A stretch of DNA of 63,921 nucleotides, the filler included, from Reclinomonas americana ATCC 50394 (Eukaryota), in assembly GCA_048213135.1 (NCBI GenBank). It is 16 parts of 16 records of this genome, joined end to end, with 100 filler letters (N's around TTAATTAATTAA, not from the genome) between each part and the next. Parts side by side here need not be neighbours in the genome. Positions count along the whole stretch, not along the records: positions 59,492 to 61,572 come from AFZH01019626.1; positions 61,673 to 62,748 come from AFZH01019627.1; positions 62,849 to 63,921 come from AFZH01019630.1; 13 more parts are not named here. One strand, 5' to 3'. This document shows positions 59,624 through 63,921 of the stretch, piece by piece. Every line of letters begins with the position of its first letter. The first letter of the stretch is position 1. The translations under genes were made by a program, and so were the position numbers. A model generated the notes under the pieces. The model searched no databases. It was not told the origin of the DNA and was given only the letters and a program-made list of their open reading frames with translations.

Positions 59624-60376
59624 ATGCCAGACATCATCGAGACCGCCGTACTGAGCGACAACGCGCTTCTTCGGGAAGGCATTACCAAGTTGTTGGATGG
59701 TGCCCGTTTCCACGTCAGCCAGAGAACAACAAGCCTCGACCTTCAGCGATACGACAGCGGCCAGCAAGCACCCGATCTTTTCATCATCGTGATCGACGAT
59801 ACGTCGTGCTCGATCGTCGGCGACATCAAGCGGCAATTCAAGAGCGCCAAGATCGTCGCGCTCGCCTTGCGCGGCAGCCGGGAGTTGATGCACCGTGCCA
59901 TGCAGCTTGGCGCGGTCGGTTATCTCGTCGAATCGGTATCCGCACAGGATCTCATCACCTCGCTGGAAGTCGTCATCGCCAACGGCGCGGTATTTCCGCC
60001 CGAACTTCTGTCGCAGCTCTCCGAGGTCGCAGTGGAGCCGCAGCGCTTGCTGCAGGGCGTGCAGCGCCGGGCCGACGGGTCACCGTTCCAGGGGCTTTCG
60101 GCCCGCGAGGTCAGCATCCTGGAAGGGCTGATGCTCGGCGAATCCAACAAGGTGATCGCGCGTAAGCTGGAGATCGCCGAAGCCACCGTGAAGGTCCACG
60201 TCAAGGCGATCCTGCGGAAGGTTCGGGTCCGGAACCGCACCCAGGCGGCGATGTGGGCCATGCAGAACGCCGTGACCCGGATTCCGGTGGTCGAGGAGCC
60301 CGATGTCGTAGAGGACGCACCGCTGCCGATGATCCCGGCGAGGCCGGACATGGCGATCGCCTCCCGGCACGTCTGA
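59624..60376 (+). CDS. LuxR/NarL-type transcriptional regulator with an atypical receiver domain
   Basis: HTH LSAREVSILEGLMLGESNKVIARKLEIAEATVKVHVKAILRK..NRTQAA. SD-like GAGGG before the ATG at 59624. Confidence 0.92.
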   Translation: MPDIIETAVLSDNALLREGITKLLDGARFHVSQRTTSLDLQRYDSGQQAPDLFIIVIDDTSCSIVGDIKRQFKSAKIVALALRGSRELMHRAMQLGAVGYLVESVSAQDLITSLEVVIANGAVFPPELLSQLSEVAVEPQRLLQGVQRRADGSPFQGLSAREVSILEGLMLGESNKVIARKLEIAEATVKVHVKAILRKVRVRNRTQAAMWAMQNAVTRIPVVEEPDVVEDAPLPMIPARPDMAIASRHV

Positions 60377-60407
60377 CCGAATCGGCTCCAGCAGCGGAAG
60401 TGCGCCA

Positions 60408-61220
60408 ATGATCGTGACAATCGTGACCCCGACGCTGAACGCCGTCGATTATCTCAAGGAATGCATCGAGTCCGCGCGCCGCAATGCGACGCGCGGGATC
60501 GAGATCGAGCACGTCATCGTCGATGGCGGCAGCACCGACGGCACCGTCGAGCTCGCACGGAGCTATGGGCTGAAGGTGATGCAGGGCAAGGACAGCGGCA
60601 TCTTCGACGCCATCAACAAAGGCTCCTTCAATTCGTCAGGCGAGTTGCTGGGCTTTCTGGGCGCCGACGACGTCATGCTTCCGGGCGCTGCAGCGGCTGT
60701 CGTCGACGCCTACCGAAAGAGCCGCCGGCGCTGGGTGGTCGGCGCAATCCGCTGGATCGATTCGAGCGGGCACGGCCTCGGCGGGCTCGCGGCGCCCCCG
60801 AACTGGATGACGCCGGCCATGCTCGTCTGCCTGGGCTGGAACCCGATCATGCATATGGCAACCTATTTCTCGCGGAGCTTCTTCGAGGAATTGGGCGGGT
60901 TCGACATCGCCTACCGGGACGCCGGCGACTACGACATGTTCTGTCGCGCCCTGAAAAAGGAGCCCTATGGCCGGATCGCCCAGCCGATCGCCTGCTTTCG
61001 ACGGACGGGCGTCAACAACAGCGCGATCCATGGCAGCCGCACCGCCGCCGAATGCGCGAGGATCTATGCGCAGCACGGGCCTTCATCGCAGGCGGAGCGC
61101 CTGTTCTGGCGGGTCCTGCTGAAGGCCTATTTCAATCTCGGCAACCCCGACTGGCTGCTGTCGAAGATGGCGGACACGACACGCACGACGCTGAAGCTTC
61201 AGCCGAAGGCGCATTTCTGA
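60408..61220 (+). CDS. Glycosyltransferase family 2
   Basis: VTIVTPTLN, IVDGGSTDGT, DSGIFDAINKG, FLGADD, GGFD..AGDYD. Confidence 0.93.
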   Translation: MIVTIVTPTLNAVDYLKECIESARRNATRGIEIEHVIVDGGSTDGTVELARSYGLKVMQGKDSGIFDAINKGSFNSSGELLGFLGADDVMLPGAAAAVVDAYRKSRRRWVVGAIRWIDSSGHGLGGLAAPPNWMTPAMLVCLGWNPIMHMATYFSRSFFEELGGFDIAYRDAGDYDMFCRALKKEPYGRIAQPIACFRRTGVNNSAIHGSRTAAECARIYAQHGPSSQAERLFWRVLLKAYFNLGNPDWLLSKMADTTRTTLKLQPKAHF

Positions 61221-61308
61221 TCCGCCCGACCGGCGGCGAGCCCGCCATGGCAATCGGCGTCCCGGCGAGCAGAGCCAGTCGGGGCGCAGATTTTCGAGTG
61301 CTGAAGCA

Positions 61309-61536
61309 TCAGCGCGCGATGGACAGGAATTCGCGTTTGCCGGGACAAGGCTTCAGGCACGCTAGCACCGGCACCAAGACACAGACGGCGACCGGCCAGA
61401 TGGCGCTGACGAGGGCGATGATGAGAACGTCTCTGGTGGCGAGCCGGTTGCGCTCGGCTTCGAAAACCGAATTGAGCGCGACAAGGCTCGCGATTACCAG
61501 ATGGACCGCCGTGAGGATGACGAGCGCGATGACCAT
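61309..61536 (-). CDS. Small hypothetical membrane protein
   Basis: 75-aa ORF with two hydrophobic segments and a GAGGCGG SD-like motif upstream. Confidence 0.5.
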   Translation of the reverse strand: MVIALVILTAVHLVIASLVALNSVFEAERNRLATRDVLIIALVSAIWPVAVCVLVPVLACLKPCPGKREFLSIAR

Positions 61537-61672
61537 CTGAACCGCCTCTCGGCGAATGGCTTCTGCGTCTCANNNNNNNNNNNNNNNNNNNNNNNNNNNN
61601 NNNNNNNNNNNNNNNNTTAATTAATTAANNNNNNNNNNNNNNNNNNNNNNNNNNNNNNNNNNNNNNNNNNNN

Positions 61673-62324
61673 GCAACCGCCCGCCGCGCGCCTCGGCAAT
61701 CAGCGCCGCAGTGTCCTCGGGACGCTCGGCATGCGCATCGCAAAGCTGAACGCTTCGGATCATGCTCGGGGGCAGCCCGGCCAAGTCTTCCGGACTGGCG
61801 CCCGAACGCGCCAAATGCAGCGCATCGACGAGCATGCCGACATTTGTCATCCCCGTCGCGGCGACAGCCTTGACCGCGGCGTCGAGCGTCCCGATCTCCC
61901 GCCACGGCATGACCTCCAGATCGACTGCTATGCCGGCCGCGGCCGCCAATTCAGCCAAGGCCGAGAGGTTTGCGACGAAGCGACCCTTGTCAGGATCATC
62001 ACCGCAGACGCTCAATCGGCGCGCACCGAGTTCCGCCGCAGAGTCCAAGACGGCAGAGAGGTCCGTCGGAGAGAACGCGCCATCGACCACGACAAACTCG
62101 ATGTCGTAGACGCCGATCCCGGCCTGCCGAAGGGCGGTCTTGGTCTGACGCATCTGCGCACTGCCCGGCGCCAGCGTGTAGAACGGGGCTCCCGGGAAGG
62201 CGGGATGGAGCCGCAGGCCGACAGAGGTGTATCCGACCTGCCCAGCCAGATCGACGAAATCGGCCGGGCGCATCTCGATGCAGGAGAAGTGCGCAATGCC
62301 CAATTGCTGCGAGACTCGGCTCAT
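61673..62324 (-). CDS. Sugar phosphate isomerase/epimerase (xylose isomerase-like TIM barrel), 3' partial
   Basis: GYTSVGLRL, VYDIE, AAELGAR, VDLEVMPW, LVDALHLARS, VQLCDA, EARGGRL. Its start overlaps the GntR stop. Confidence 0.88.
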
Positions 62325-62748
62325 GGCGCGATCTTGTCCGAGAGATGCGCGGCCAGATTGCTCCCGGTCCGATGGATATGCTCCCGCAGGCGTTCGCAGG
62401 CGAAATCGGCGTCTCGCGCCACGGCGCCTTGTGCGATCTCGCTGTGCTCCATGCTGACATTGCGATCGCCGGACGTGCGAACGAGAAAGCTGCGGCGATA
62501 ACGGTCGTTGAGATTGAGAAGGGTTCGGCAGAAGCCGAGCAGGAGCGGCATCTGGCAGCCGGCGAGCAATGTGAGATGGAACTCCCGATGCAGCGCCTCC
62601 CAGCGCTCGAGCGTTGCCGGATCCGCCGGGTTTCGTTCGGCGGTGTTCAGCCTGTGGAGGGCCCTCATCACGTCGCCTTCCCACTCGGGAGGTGCAAACG
62701 ACGTCGCCTGACGCAAGGCCAGCGTCTCGAACTCTTCCCGCAGCCTCG
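62321..62748 (-). CDS. GntR-family regulator, FCD domain, 5' partial
   Basis: WEALHREFHLTLLAGC..L..RYRR..EHSEI..ARDAD.AC..LREH. Confidence 0.88.
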
Positions 62749-62973
62749 NNNNNNNNNNNNNNNNNNNNNNNNNNNNNNNNNNNNNNNNNNNNTTAATTAA
62801 TTAANNNNNNNNNNNNNNNNNNNNNNNNNNNNNNNNNNNNNNNNNNNNCGGCTCTCAAGGCCGTCGCGATCTGGAACGATTCCGAAGCGCGACAGGGCCC
62901 TTGACGCCCTCGTCCCACAGGGCGCAAGACGATACAACTCCTTCCGCAACGCCAACCGCTTGGGAACCCTGTA

Positions 62974-63111
62974 ATGACCGCCCTCTCCCGCCTTGCGCTC
63001 GCCGGCCTGTTCTGCCTGTCGCTTGCCGCCTGCGCCACCCAGCCGGTCGACACCACGCCGCCGCCGGCCAAGCGCCTGGACGCCAAGACCACCCTGGAAG
63101 GCCGCCGCTGA
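62974..63111 (+). CDS. Small putative lipoprotein (45 aa)
   Basis: MTALSRLALAGLFCLSLAAC/ATQPVDTTPPPAKRLDAKTTLEGRR* has a lipobox (LAAC). It is below the ORF-track size cutoff. Confidence 0.7.
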   Translation: MTALSRLALAGLFCLSLAACATQPVDTTPPPAKRLDAKTTLEGRR

Positions 63112-63291
63112 GCGTCCGGAGGCGCCTACGGCCGCATGGCGAGCAAGCGCCTCGCAAGCTCCGATACTCTCCTTCGCGACGCCCATGACGCCATGGTCGA
63201 GGCGCCGCGCAGGGGCAAGAAACCTTCACCAGCCTGTCATATCCGCCGAGCAGTTTCGCCGCCTTTCCGCAGGAAATGAGGATCGGACGAG

Positions 63292-63921
63292 ATGAAGCCC
63301 CTGTTGCAGCCGGCGACGATGCTGGCGACCTTTGCCCTCGCACTGGCCGCGCCGGCCCTGGCGCAGAGCCCGGCCCCGACACTCGACGGCAAGCCCGCTT
63401 TGATCGTCGGCCATCGCGGCGCCAGCGGCTACCTGCCCGAGCACACCCTCGAAGGCTACAAGCTCGCAATCGAACAGGGAGCCGACTTCATCGAGCCGGA
63501 CCTGGTCTCGACCAAGGACGGCCATCTGGTGGTCCGCCACGAGCCGATGATGTCGGGCACCACCGACGTCGCGACACGTCCGGAATTCGCCGCGCGCAAG
63601 ACGAGCCGCAAGGTCGACGGCGTCGACACCAACGACTGGTTCGCCTCCGACTTCACCCTCGCCGAGCTCAAGACGCTGCGGGCCAAGCAGGCGTTCCCCG
63701 ATCGCGACCAGTCGCACAACGGCAAATACGAGATCCCGACGCTGCAGCAGGTCATCGATCTCGCCAAGGCCGAGAGCGCCCGCACCGGCCGCACCATCGG
63801 CATCTACCCAGAGATCAAGCACTCGACCTATCACTCGGCTCTGGGCCTGGCGATCGAGGACAGGCTGCTCGACCAGCTCAAGGCGGCCGGGTGGACGGAG
63901 AAGACCTCGCCGGTGATCATC
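63292..63921 (+). CDS. glpQ: Glycerophosphodiester phosphodiesterase, secreted, 3' partial
   Basis: Signal peptide ..AAPALA/Q, then [47 protein letters not shown] and GIYPEIKH. Confidence 0.93.
   Translation, partial: MKPLLQPATMLATFALALAAPALAQSPAPTLDGKPALIVGHRGASGYLPEHTLEGYKLAIEQGADFIEPDLVSTKDGHLVVRHEPMMSGTTDVATRPEFAARKTSRKVDGVDTNDWFASDFTLAELKTLRAKQAFPDRDQSHNGKYEIPTLQQVIDLAKAESARTGRTIGIYPEIKHSTYHSALGLAIEDRLLDQLKAAGWTEKTSPVII

Noticed and set aside
53964..63921. Large bacterial-to-eukaryote horizontal transfer
   Set aside because: The bacterial sequence sits on separate contigs with no junction to eukaryotic DNA.

Overview
The window is not continuous DNA. It is 16 contigs joined by N-run/TTAATTAATTAA/N-run linkers. 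Contigs 1-11 (1-53863) come from a gene-dense, intron-rich microbial eukaryote with short GT-AG introns, CTCAC/CTGAC branch-like motifs and (CA)n/(GA)n microsatellites. They encode WDR12/Ytm1, an AFG1 ATPase, E2F, a NACHT NTPase, a Kelch protein, a peroxisomal-type citrate synthase, an ePHD protein, Sec61-gamma, paired VOC genes, paired sterol C22-desaturase-like P450s, a divergent Rad52-like protein, GT77, SprT-like, GT2, WH1, MUN and C2 proteins. Contigs 12-16 (53964-63921) are intronless, GC-rich and bacterial (Alphaproteobacteria-like by impression). They hold a polysaccharide cluster (PPTase, Wzx flippase, a 992-aa O-antigen ligase/Wzy-like plus beta-helix fusion, a methyltransferase, an atypical LuxR regulator, GT2), a GntR/sugar-isomerase pair, a small lipoprotein and GlpQ. 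The best leads are the Wzy/beta-helix fusion with an internal signal-peptide-like linker beside a PPTase, a Rad52 fold lacking its ssDNA-binding residues, a protist NLR-like NACHT protein, a splice-dependent PTS1 on citrate synthase, and tail-to-tail paralog pairs with differing introns. All calls come from reading motifs by eye, and eukaryotic gene boundaries are approximate.
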